Shown here: positions 34,508 to 47,300 of the stretch, in pieces
Position numbering within the stretch: position 1 is the first letter of the stretch
Layout of the letters: every line of letters starts with the position of its first letter
Origin: Nemertoderma westbladi
Taxonomy: Eukaryota > Animalia > Xenacoelomorpha
NCBI GenBank assembly: GCA_032718475.1
Contig: JAUCBJ010000368.1
Coordinates: forward strand, 59,861 to 123,860
Direction: 5' to 3'
DNA length: 64,000 nt
The notes under the pieces: model-generated
Told to the model about the DNA's origin: nothing
The model's input: the letters and a program-made list of their open reading frames with translations, nothing else
Database searches by the model: none
Position numbers and translations under genes: made by a program

Positions 34508-35664
34508 CTAAAAATGGTAAACACATGAAATACAGTAGTTATTGTAACTTGAATCTATTCTGTTGTGATAAGTAAAGGTTAACTCTTCTCTTGGAATTCC
34601 TCTACAGGAAAACAATTACTTTACATCAGCATAAGGTGGTTGTGGTTGGTGTATTACTGTGGTATAGGCGCACTTCACTTTTTTTTAATTAAGGAGAAAA
34701 TTTTCACCCCGACACCCCCACGATAGTAAATTAAATAATGTGGATTAAAACAATCAAGGGATGCTAAATAACGATCTGAATTTCTATTAAGAAATTTTTC
34801 CAACTTTGGCCTCTTTGAGAACAAAAAAATTTATTTTTGGGAAACAATGTTTATTAAAAGGGTGGTTGACGTAGATTTATTTAATAGATTAATAAATTTA
34901 GAGTTATTTAATATAAAATTAAAAAAATTTGCATTATTTTACCATTCTCGGTAACTTGACTAAAATCATGGTAAATATATTTTGCGATAAAAATAGCCTT
35001 GGGACCTTTTAGTAACAATAGGCTCCAAAAATAGCCGCTTCTGGAGCCATTTTTGGGATTAAAGGCGCAAATTGCAATATCATGACATTCTGTTTGTAAG
35101 TTTTGTTAAGGACCCTATTCTGATCGTACATTTAAGATAGTCAAGTATAACTACAATATAGTCAGTCAAGATAGTCAGTATGTTACCGTAACGATTCAAA
35201 GTTACGGGGTAATTAATGAATTAAAAGTATAAATAAACAAGGTAAATAAATAAGGTAAATAAATAAGCTCTTGGAGGAAAGCCAATATATGAATATTTGA
35301 TCACCAATATAAGATCCAAACGAGAACGCAGACCATTATTTAAAAAAAACTTGGGAGGATTTCTATCAGGCTCTCTATATGGAGAGGATCTCCTCTCAAG
35401 TAATGTGAAACATAAAGAGAAAGAAAACCAGAAAAGGATAAGGGCGTCTGTATCAGATACAATCAGTTAACAACCATTCAGACCGAATAAAAATTAATTA
35501 AGATTTTTGGAGCCCGTAAAATACATAACCAAAGAGGCAATAATGAATGAGAGAATCTTCTAGGCTCATTAAGCCAAGAATGCCTGTTCACCACCAAAGA
35601 GGCAATAATCATAATAAAGCTAAAATATTTAAGCTAAAATATAAACTTTTTACTTGAAATTTAC

Positions 35665-35790
35665 AAGCAAAGTGCCGCTTTCATCCTTACGCCAAATGAC
35701 CATGGACATCAGGGAGAACGGGATATGCAACTGGTGTCTACGGCTTCGCAATGGGCAGAAAACCGCCATTAATGGAGCAAATGGTGACGG
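35665..35790 (-). CDS. Candidate upstream exon of the PH/CH gene
   Basis: GATAG acceptor, GTAAAT donor, 42 open codons (...HQLHIPFSLMSMVIWRKDESGTLL) joining in phase 0 to YVDCTAI. Confidence 0.35.
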
Positions 35791-35930
35791 CTATCGTAGT
35801 AGAAGTATACACATATTGCATATATTACATATACAGTAGAAACACGTCCGTGGGGCCTCGCGCAGCACGAGACTCAGCTAACCCGAAAAAGGTTAATCCG
35901 AGAAAGCTGTAATCCGATCCGAGTCTACTT

Positions 35931-37449
35931 CTAGATCTAGATAGATAGATTTATTTATACATTATGTAAAAACAATAACAAATACACCAAACAATGTACC
36001 GGTATAAAGGTATTGTCCAACATAACATATAGGATTACCCCTAAAGCTTTGCAGCTTATTTCCAAGGGGGTCCTTTATGTTACTTGGTTACAAATACAAC
36101 ATTACACTACGCTAACCTAAAACCAATATAAAACGTATTACACTATGTACATGTACAACTTTACCGAGAGCGTGACAATGTCCGACTCAACGATAAAGAT
36201 GTAATGTACAGAACACTTCATTAAAAACGTAATTACACTATAAATAGTAAATAATTAATAAACGAATAACTTACTGTAAGACTATATTGTACCTATTTTT
36301 ACATTGCACACGGAGGTGAGATTTAACTGCTGATTTAAAAGAATGTTGATTATCTAGGTTTTTAATTTCATTAGGCAGAGCGTTCCAATTTTTAATACCG
36401 TTAAAAAAGAAAGTATCAGATTCAAAGGATTTACAATTCGGGAGGTAGAAGTTTGAAGCACTAGCTCTGGTACTGTAAGAGTGTGTATCGCGTACTCTGT
36501 TGAATTTTTGTTTTAGGTAATTGGGACATTTACCATTATACACTTTATGCACATGGTTAAGGCGTAGCTTCTTAACTCTACTATCTAAGTTAAGTAGTCC
36601 AGATTCAGAGAAAAGTCATTTGGAGTTAGGTGGTGCCTAGGTTTGTAGTCTTTAATAAATCGTACTACTTTATTCTGAGCTACTTGTAATTTATATTTAA
36701 GCTGTTTTGTTAAGCCTTCATACCAAGAAGAGCACGCATAGTCCATGTGACACTGTATTAAAGAAGAGCAAAGTAACTATGTTGTGAGTAAGTAACTGTG
36801 TTTAAACTATTTTTATTTCTGTATAGAAACCTAAGCCTACTGTTAACTTTCGAGAAAATATTTTTCACTGTGTTTTCTCCTGATAAGCAGTTATCCAATG
36901 TGGCGCCTAAATATTTAACTTCCTTTTTATTTTCAATCTTATGTCCATTACTAGTGACTTCAAACTTAGTTACCTTCTTTAACTTTATTTTGGAACCAAA
37001 CAAAAATACTTTCAGTCTTACCGTAGTGAATGGATAGCTTATTATCAACCAACCACTCATTACAGATTCTAGAACTGCACTTAACTTTTGGGAAATATGG
37101 ATAGGACCTTTATGAGAGAAAATAAGAGCACTGTCGTCGGCATATAAAATGAGTTTAAAATCGGGATCTATACTACTTATCATATCATTTACATAGCATA
37201 CAAAAAGCAGAGGACCTAAAAATATACTACCTTGCGGTACACCACAGGTAATCTCTTGTACAGTAGACTGCGATTTGCTAATGACTACAGTTTGACCTCT
37301 GTCTGACAGGTAGGACTTGAACCAGTCTATAGAACCTACACCCATCAGGCCTAACTTACCAAGCAGAATTTCGTGATCTACAGTATCGAAAGCCTTTTGT
37401 AGGTGCAACAGTACCATACCTGTATATAAACCCTTTGCGTCTTCTCCTT
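35931..37449 (-). mobile_element. 5'-truncated CR1/L2-group LINE with frameshifts
   Basis: [21 protein letters not shown] and YADD motifs plus a WNALP C-terminus, a simple-repeat tail, and a 10-bp TSD GAGTCTACTT (35921-35930, 37450-37459). Confidence 0.9.
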
Positions 37450-37594
37450 GAGTCTACTTGATACGTCTTACTTAAAAAAATTTAAAGGCAAAACCGAAAA
37501 TGCCGGCTTCATGGGGGTCATCGACGGTGAGTGGAACTAGTTATGTTTAAAATTTCAAGCAATATGATAAAAATTTGTAGAAAAATCTGGGGGG

Positions 37595-38660
37595 CAGAGC
37601 CGGATCAATCCCGGTGGAGGCCCCTGTGCACATGATTGGTGGGGGCCCCTGATCGATCAGAGATAGAGAGATATACTTAGATTTAAACGATATTATAAAT
37701 AAAACAAACAATAATAATACAAAAAAGAATCTAACCAGTATACATATATTTAGACATTTATACATATACTTTATTTAGAAAACAACTTTACGAGCCTTGC
37801 GAGACGCACAGTCGTGTATAATATGGACTAAAGCACAACCAGGTGCGCTTGGAAGACTGTGTTCTTTAGCTTGCGTTCAAACATGCTCACACCACACTTC
37901 CGAGCTACTGAACGTCCTTCCTTCTGAACTACTGTCTGTACTGTGGACAGTTCAAGTAACTTTGGATCCACATGCTGTAGCTTGGACACATCCAAATTAA
38001 CCACAGCATCAATTCGAACGTCAGTAAGTTTATCTGGCCACAGGCCGACATCACATTCAACAAGCAGGACTTTAGGTTCCGTCTCTGGCTGTCTGGATCT
38101 TGATGCACATCTATGTCTCCCTCTTGGACCTCACAGTCCGAGTCCGTACCTGGTAAATAACTGGAGCCAGCATCACACCGTCGTCACTCTCTTCACTTAT
38201 TGCTGTCCCTGCCACTGGTCCAAAGAAAGCTGTAAGTGGCTGTGTTCCTGCAATAGCCTGTGTCTCCTCTCATTACGTTTTTCATGGCCAGAAATTTGCT
38301 TTCGTTTCTTTTCGAGGTGTTGGTCTGCTGATCGGTCTGCCATAGCTACAGTTTGCAAAACAGCACTGTATACATGTCAGCATGTAGTGTACTGTAGACG
38401 TACTACTGTAAGTTGTACTCACAGACTGAACATCAAACTGAAACTTTATAGCATATACTGTACGTGTAGGCCTACTCCTACTAGTGAATAACTGAAACAT
38501 GTATGTACTAAACCACTGTCCTTTCTTTCCTGTAAGTTTTTCTGTTTATTTTTTTAATAATTTTTTGAGTGTTGAGTGGTGGAGGCCCCTCAGTGGTGGA
38601 GGCCCCTGTGCACGTGCACACTGTGCACGTGCACACTGTGCACATTGGGTAATCCGGGGT
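37595..38660. mobile_element. Probable non-autonomous hAT-like element remnant
   Basis: CAGAGCCGGAT at the left end and TAATCCGG at the right end, with subterminal GGAGGCCCCT and TGTGCAC repeats at both ends. No clear TSD. Confidence 0.4.
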
Positions 38661-39336
38661 GACATAAAATATAAAAATAAACAAAATAAAAAATGTTCTA
38701 CTTGAAAAATGTAAAATATGTCGATCGGAATTTTTCCGGGAAATACGCCGGGTAAGACGCTAAATTTTAAGAAACCGCAAATAAAATATAAATAAAAAAT
38801 AAAGTATTACGATTTTAGCGCCTATACACCACACTTAACACTACAGCTGCAATTTTATTTGCGTTTGATTATTGTTACACGTAACTGCGTTAATCACAGA
38901 ATGTATTACCGATACCCGTAAAATCACTAAAGTTTATCGCAAAGAGTGCATAACGATATGCTCAAAGAATTTTTCAATCGTTACCATCACACAGTAGCAT
39001 TATTTAATAGCAATAACAATTATTCTAAATTTTTCAATGATGAATAACGATAATCAATTTAAAGTTATTATTAATATTATAAAAAATTATATAATAGCAA
39101 TTAATTATATCAGTAAAGGTCATTGAATATATATCAAAGAATCAATTACACAGTAGTACTCAGTGTTCATGGGCGGCCAACGAAGTACTATTGTATTATT
39201 CCAGACAGTCTACCCCAGTTTATGGTTGTCTACTAGATGTATTCATTACTGCGGCTTTGCGTAATGCATTTGACTTAGTTGAATGGCGCAAGCTATTCTT
39301 AGAACTCATTAAAAATGGTTTTAGCTCCTTTTCTTG

Positions 39337-39549
39337 GGGTCAGAGTAAAACGCGGATCCGGATTCTACATTTAACATTGTCCCTACGGAAGTCGATTTTT
39401 TTTACATTTTTATAACTCCCAAAAATAAAACTATAACCTGTTCTATTGACTTTAGTTTATTGTTTTGGTTAAAATAATGTACCACTGTAACCTGCTCCTT
39501 TCCCTTAATTGATAATTTTGGAATCCGGATCCGCGTTTTACACCTACCC
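39337..39549. mobile_element. MITE with 9-bp TSD (Mutator-like)
   Basis: TIRs GGGTCAGAGTAAAACGCGGATCCGGATTC / GAATCCGGATCCGCGTTTTACACCTACCC. TSD CTTTTCTTG at 39328-39336 and 39550-39558. Confidence 0.85.
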
Positions 39550-40337
39550 CTTTTCTTGCGTCTATTATACATTGTTAAATTACATAATAACTAATGTTTG
39601 TTCGAAGGGTAGTGTTTTTAGTAATACAGTAGTAATAATTGTATGCTACTAATTAGCTATTACAAAAAAAAACACCTACACTTACAGTTATCGATTGACT
39701 CATATACCAAAAATTATTCAATTTGGACAAAGCCTTGCCCTGTTACCATTGGTTTTCATTGACAGTGTTAAAATAGCAAACTTTCCAACGTCCATATCTC
39801 ACAGACTTTCTCTAAAATTTATATTCAATTTCTTGTTCAAAGAATGTCTCTTATATAATATGTAATTGTGAACATAATTTCATCGAGATCCGGCTGAGAT
39901 TGAGGGGTTTATACACCAGCGCGGGAAAATCTTAGTTTAAACGCTCTGATTAACGTTAAATGAGCTATAAAATAAACAACTAATTTATAATAGCCAATTA
40001 TATCAAATACCTTCAAATATCTTCACAATGCAATTATTCCCGCGATATGCGATGCAGGAAGTAGTCATGTGGATGTATGCTTTAATCTTCATTCATTAAT
40101 TGCATTGACATTACTCTAGAATCAATTACACAGTGTTATACACCATATACAATTCCTTAATTTATATTTGATATGGGCCTAATTCGTTCATTGATCGTTG
40201 ATAGAATTAAGTGTGTCAGTTTCGTGTATTTTACGTAAGTTCTGGAATTTCTATTAATTATGTTTCCAAGAGATTTAGAATTAATCTTATTAATTTTATC
40301 TCAAGTCATAGTTCTTTATTTATCTTTGTTACGCATA

Positions 40338-41050
40338 AGGTGCGTTCACAATTCCATAACGTATGTGTAGGTGTATGTAAGGAGAGAAGCGATTCGAGTT
40401 TTAGTAGCTTTCATTTGCGTTCTATAATATAGAATAGAAATTTTATATATTCAGCGAATTTAAATTAGTCGTTAGCCATATTATATCCAGACATACATAC
40501 ATACACATACATGTATTTAGTCTTTAAACGGGATCAGACTTTTTGGGATTTCCGGGATCGGGACCGGGATTATCACCATCGGGATCACGTTTTTCGGGAT
40601 CGGGATTGCAATTTTGTATCAAATTCCTCAAAGTTATTAGTATATATGGCGGGTTTTGGGTAACACTCACTTTATCTTACAATTCTGAAAAACTAGTAAG
40701 ATAAATTTAAAATGTATATTAAAATTATTTTGAAATTGAAAAACAATCCCACATAAAAAGTCGGGAGGTATGCAATCCTACCTGAGGGCTGGAGTGGAGC
40801 GCAGCGGAGGTCCGCAAAGCGGACTGTAGCGTAGCGGAACGTAAACATAAAAATTAGATATAATCAATAAATTTCCGATCTGCTGGAACGATTTAACGGA
40901 TATTCAACAAATAGACCTGCCTATATTCTTCGGGATCCCGTTACAAAAATGCCGGGATCGGACCGGGGTTGCATTTTTGTCGGGATCCCGGTCTATCGGG
41001 ATCGGGATCCCGTTTAAACTCTAATACACATACGTTATGTGAACGCACCT
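40338..41050. mobile_element. PIF/Harbinger-like MITE containing a nested hAT-like MITE (40518-41023)
   Basis: Outer TIRs AGGTGCGTTCACA / TGTGAACGCACCT, extended by CATAACGTATGTGTA. Inner TIRs TAGTCTTTAAACGGGATC / GATCCCGTTTAAACTCTA with many CGGGAT subterminal repeats. Confidence 0.7.
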
Positions 41051-41306
41051 TTAGCTAAAACCAATGCGATATGTATTGATGTCCTCTTGGCTGCAACTCC
41101 AGTTAAAGAAAATATTTAAATATAGCATGTATATTGCATTAAATTGTACAAAAAACACAAATGGACAAATGGATACACGGAGGAAATAATAATGAAATAA
41201 ATTCTAATCTAACTGGCACAATAATGTCTTCTAACTAATATTTAATAATTTGTAAGAAACATGTCAGAAGAAATGTAATATTACCCTCATCGAATACAAT
41301 AAATAC

Positions 41307-44300
41307 TTAAAAATTCGATTGAATTACTCCGGAAGACAGAAATCCGTTGTGAGTTGCAGCGACGTCGTTAGTTTTTAAAGTCGGAGACATTGGTCCTATT
41401 GTTGAGTCTGTTACCAAGTTACCCGACCCCATGGTTACCGGCGGAGAGTGCTCTTTGGTTGGACTGCACACCGACATTCCTCGATTCGTGGCCGATTTAA
41501 CTTTGATTGACAATATATTTGGATTCGCACGAGTTCGAGCCAGTCTAACAAATAAAATGCAATCTATTAAATTTATACGAAACAAATAAGATCCTACAAG
41601 TTAATGGCTGGTTTAGGAGTAAATACTTTAATAAACAAAACAAGTAAACACTTGCACGTGATGTGAAGAGTGAACTCTTACAATTAGTTTTTAATAAAGG
41701 AACACTTCGCGCTCAGTGATATAGATGGTTTTACTTTTAACCCAGTCTGAATATCATAAATTCTGGTAATTTCCCAGTTTCATGAAATCGAGATAGCAGC
41801 AAAAAATTTACTCTTGAGCCCTTTTTTGGTAGGGATAGGGAACCGGTTTAAACTAAGTACACCCATGTCGGACCTTCTCAGCACTAACAAATAACAACCG
41901 ACTTACTCAGAGAAACGCTTTTCCAAGTCGTCTTGGTCGGATATTTTATGAGTGAACTTGGTGGCAGCGAGAGCGGCTGTAAGATCGTCAAGGGAACTGG
42001 TGACGGAGCTAGTAACCGAGTCCTTGGTGACGTCAGACGAGCTGAGACTAGGCGAGGTGTTACTCTGAAGCGAAGAGATTCCGGGTACTGAGGCCGAGTC
42101 TATAGGATGGAAGTCCGGAGGTCGGGGTTCCTCGTTGCGATGGGGACGGGTGGTATCGATGGGTGGGTAACGGTTAGTACCTGGGGGGTAGGAGTTGGAA
42201 TGATATTATTTTTAAATTCCGATATTATACACATCTATGGCTACCATTCAGGTTAGAAATAAATATAGAGAAGTACCATCAATATGTTATTCTAGAAGTC
42301 TGATGTCGTTACTGGTTACTTTCCTTGGACCCGTCTGACTTAATGAATATTTCACAAGATCGCTGGGATACTACTACTACTACTACTAGGTCGAGCGAAC
42401 TCAGACAGTGGAAATGAGATCCTTCCAGGCTTCCCGATTCTCCATAGTTGTCGCAATTTCGTTTCTCCCAAGTTCAGTATCCCTTTCAAGTTGATCTATA
42501 TATGTTATGGCCGGTCGTCCACGACTACGCTTTCCATGAGTTGGTTGCCAGAGAAGTAGATCTGGTATGACCTCGTCTTTACTTCGCCAGCAGTGCCCAC
42601 TGAATCTTAATCTGCAATCACGGAGGGTGGTTGATACAGGTGGTATTGTACCATAAAGCTCGGCGTTTGTCATGTGTTGTCTCCAGCTGATGTTTAGGGC
42701 TGCCCTTAGTAGTCTTGTGTAGCAACCATCAATTCGTTGTTCAAGTGATTTAGTTAGTGTCCAGGTCTCACCCCCGTATAAAAATACACTTTCCACTGTG
42801 GCTCGAAAGAACTTAGTCTTCAGGTGCCTGGAGGGATCTGATATTCAGATGGTATCCATTTTTTATACAGCTACCCAAGCCTTTGCTTTCCTAACTTCTA
42901 TGTCCTTTTTGCTACTCTCTATCCATGATCCAAGGTACTGGAAGTCATCGACCTTCCTTAGTTGATTAATATCAATGGTTGTTGTCAAGTTTCCATCAAC
43001 ATTAAAGGTCATGAATTCGGTCTTTGTAGCATTTATATGCAATCCAACCTCCTTAGTAGCCCTCTCCACTTTATTTAGTAGAAGCTGTGCATCTGCTAGC
43101 GTATTAGAGAGCAGGGCGATGTCATCCGCAAAGTCGGTGTCTGTGACTGTAGTTGCCGGATATCTACTACTTCTGCGTTCTTGAAGTGTGAATCCCAGAT
43201 CTTCACCCATTGTGGCCGTCCTCATTGCGTAATCCAGCACAATTACAAATAGTAATGGTGCTAATGTGTCACCTTGCAGTACGCCAGCCAGGATTGAGAA
43301 AAACTCAATTTCACCATCTGGTGAGAGTACCTGCGCTTGTGTCACAATATAACAATCCAATGGCAGCAACAATTACTTCTGGTATTCCAAAAGCTCTTAG
43401 GATTTCAAGCATTTTACCTCTATGGATGGAGTCGAATGCCTTCTTGAAGTCCACAAAAGCCATGACTGCGGGGAGATTCTTTGACTTAATTCCTTCAATC
43501 AGTCTCCGTAGTGCAAGTATCTGAGCTACTTGGTCGAAATCCGTTTGGCTCTTACGCAGTAGTTTCTCTATGTAAGGCCTAATACTATATAGAATCATTT
43601 CATTGTATATTTTGGCAGCTACCACAAGCAGACAGATCCCACGATAGTTTATTGGTATGCCGAGGTCTCCTTTCTTGGGGAGAGGCTTTAGTTGACCTTT
43701 AGTCCAAATTGGTGGTGGCTTTTCCCCTTTTAACATCCGGTTGCAAACATTCAATAATTGTCTGTTTAGCACTCCGGTTTTCTATACCTCCGCTGGGATT
43801 TCATCTAATCCACTCGATTTATTATTGGACATGCTTTTAATGCTTCTTTGGAGTTCGGCAGGTGTGAAGTCCCCTGTTTCTATAGGTAGTGTCTTGTCAT
43901 ATATTTTCCTTGTATGGCTGACCTCGATGTTTGGTGGCTGCCCAAGCAAGTTGCTGAAGTGATTTTTCCACTTCCCAATACGTTCTTCAGGACTATCGGC
44001 TTTGAGGCGCCCCTTTGCACAACGTTTCCGACCAGATACCTCATTTACAGTTTGCCAGGTAAGTCTTGATTGTTGCTGTATGTGAGCAGTTGTAATTGCT
44101 TCAGTTTTATCCTGTATGTACTTTTCCTGGCTGATGTTGTAGGCCAATTTAAGCTCGTCCTTAGCTTTCTCAACCTTGTTAATGTTTTCGGTTGTTCGGT
44201 TTTAACTTTGTAGGCTATCTTAAGATCTTCTCTCTTACAAGTAACCGCAGAGTTTTGCCATGGCACATACTATTTTCGTTTGGGTTTCTGGGGGATATGC

Positions 44301-47300
44301 ATCTTAGCTGATTCCTTGTGGGCTAGGCCATCGCTGGGATAAGTTGACATTAAACTACCAATAATACAAGTAGTAGGTCTACAAACAATACGATTAACTA
44401 TTTATAGGTAATAGATACCTAAAGATTGTCTCCGATGATGGCCATTAGATGACCTAGGTATAATGGGAGGTCCCTCTATAAGCAGCATTGGTGGACAGCT
44501 GTCTTTCCGGTGCGTCTTGTGGGGATACCTGGAATAATAAAAGCGAATAATTTGTATAATATAGGCCCATATGGACAATAATTTATTAACTTAAAGTAAA
44601 TAAAAATAAAGTCCTTGGGGTTGACATGTAAACCAACCTGGTACAACTAGGTATGTCCTTGGGGTTGACATGTAAACCAACCCGGTACAACTAGGTATGT
44701 CCTTGCCAACCTGGTACAACTAGGTATGTCCTTGGGGTTGACATGTAAACCAACCTGGTACAAATAGGTATGTCCTTGGGGTTGACATGTAAACCAACCT
44801 GGCACAACTAGGTATGCCCTTGGGTTTGACATGTACACCAACCTGGCACAACTAGGTATGCCCTTTGGGTTGACATGTAAACCAACCTGGTACATCTAGG
44901 TATGTCCTTGGGGTTGACATGTAAACCAACCTGGTACAGCTGGGTCCTTGGGTTTGACATGTAAACCAACCTGGTACAACTAGGTATGTCCTTGGGGTTG
45001 ACATGTAAACCAACCTGGTACAACTAGGTATGTCCTTGGGGTTGACATGTAAACCAACCTGGTACAACTAGGTATGTCCTTGCCAACCTGGTAGAACTAT
45101 CTATGTCCTTGCCAACCTGTTACAACGTTTTTTTTATAACTCTTAAGTCTCATTTATTCACATAGATAATAAAACGTTAATGTTAAACAATACCCACCAC
45201 CAGCCGACGTTACTACGCAACCAATGTAGGAGGGAAATTTAAAATGAAATCCTTTGCCCGCCCCCAACACAGAAACAGTCTCTATGGTGTATGGAGCATA
45301 CTACTGTATTTACCCCACCCTACCGAACTGCGCCAACACTCCAGGGTCTGAGTCCGCGTTAGCCAACCGGATCGATGAGTCGGTGACTGCCTCCCGCACC
45401 AGTCGCCTAGCAGCCGAACGGTACCCGCGTAAACACATTAAGGACGACCTGAGGAGGGAGAAACTGATTCGCCAACGTATCCATGAGACGCACTCCGGAT
45501 AGGAAACCTGCCGTTTGTCGGACAACTTCACTGCCAGTCGTTTGACAACCACCCTAAACCAATCTGGCACAACTAGGCATGTCATTGGGGTTGACATGTA
45601 AACCAACCTGGTACAACTAGGTATGTCCTTGGGGTTGACATGTAAACCAACCTGGTACAACTAGGTATGTCCTTGGGGTTGACATGTAAACCAACCTGGC
45701 ACAACTAGGTATGTCCTTGGGGTTGACATGTAAACCAACCTGGTACAACTAGGTATGTCCTTGGGGTTGACATGTAAACCAACCTGGCACAACTAGGTAT
45801 GCCCTTGGGGTTGACATGTAAACCAACCTGGCACAACTGTATGTTCTTGGGGTTGACATGTAAACCAAACTGGTACAACTAGGTATGTCCTTGGGGTTGA
45901 CATGTAAACCAACCTGGCACAACTAGGTATGCCATTAGGGTTGACATGTAAACCAACCTGGTACAACTAGGTATGTCCTTGCCAACCTGGTACAACTAGG
46001 TATGTCCTTGGGGTTGACATGTAAACCAACCTGGTACAACTTGGTACATGTCCTTGGGGTTGACATGTAAACCAACCAGGTACAACTGGGTATGTCCTTG
46101 GGGTTGACATGTAAACCAACCTGGTACAACTAGGTATGTCCTTGGGGTTGACATGTAAACCAACCTGGTACAAGTGGGTCCTTGGGGTTGACATGTAAAC
46201 CAACCTGGCACAACTAGGTATGTCCTTGGGGTTGACATGTAAACCAACCTGGTACAACTAGGTATGTCCTTGCCAACCTGGTACAACTAGGTATGTCCTT
46301 GCCAACCTGGTACAACTAGGTATGTCCTTGGGGTTGACATGTAGACCAACCTGGCACAACTAGGTATGTCCTTGGGGTTGACATGTAAACCAACCTGGTA
46401 CAAGTGGGTCCTTGGGGTTGACATGTAAACCAACCTGGCACAACTAGGTATGTCCTTGGGGTTGACATGTAAACCAACCTGGTACAACTAGGTATGTCCT
46501 TGCCAACCTGGTACAACTAGGTATGTCCTTGCCAACCTGGTACAACTAGGTATGTCCTTGGGGTTGACATGTAGACCAACCTGGCACAACTAGGTATGTC
46601 CTTGGTGTTGACATGTAAACCAACCTGGTACAAGTGGGTCCTTGGGGTTGACATGTAAACCAACCTGGCACAACTAGGTATGTCCTTGGGGTTGACATGT
46701 AAACCAACTTGGTAGAACTAGGTATGTCCTTGGGGTTGACATGTAAACCAACCTGGTACAACTAGGTATGTCCTTGGGGTCGCTACGATTAATCACGGCT
46801 GTAGTCACCCCGGTAGAAGGGATGGGTCCGTCCCCGCATTGTAGATTTCCGTTACACAACGGGGGAGCGGTAGTCTCAGGTATATGCGATTGCTCCCACA
46901 GATCGAAGGCGATATTAAAGGCCTGAGCCACGGAGAGACAGACAGCCTCCGCCTGTAAAGGTAACACAATGACCCGTGAGTTACAATAAATAGTAATAAA
47001 CATTAAAACTAACGTGTAATCGTTTTTGGTGGTCAATTTTGGTGAAAATCACCCACAAGTTTACTGGTAAGGAATGTGTGGGGAGGTGGAGGGTGTGGTG
47101 TGGGGGGGGGGGGGGGGGGGTTGCATTGTGGAATTTCGTGTGTATTTCAAAATATTAAAGCCACATGACATTCGGTTAGAATTGATTTAATTCGGGTTTG
47201 GGCATCCACTCTTGTAACCCCCTAGAACAAAATTAAAGTATGGATTGACCTGATCCCTGATTTTAACCAGCAGGAGATCCCAGACACGATAATAATTTTG

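Noticed and set aside
45310-45420. TDSSIRLANADSDPGVL as the ARH AP-2-binding exon
   Set aside because: The real motif is found in phase at the exon 6/7 junction (41907/41544). This segment belongs to the retroelement tail.
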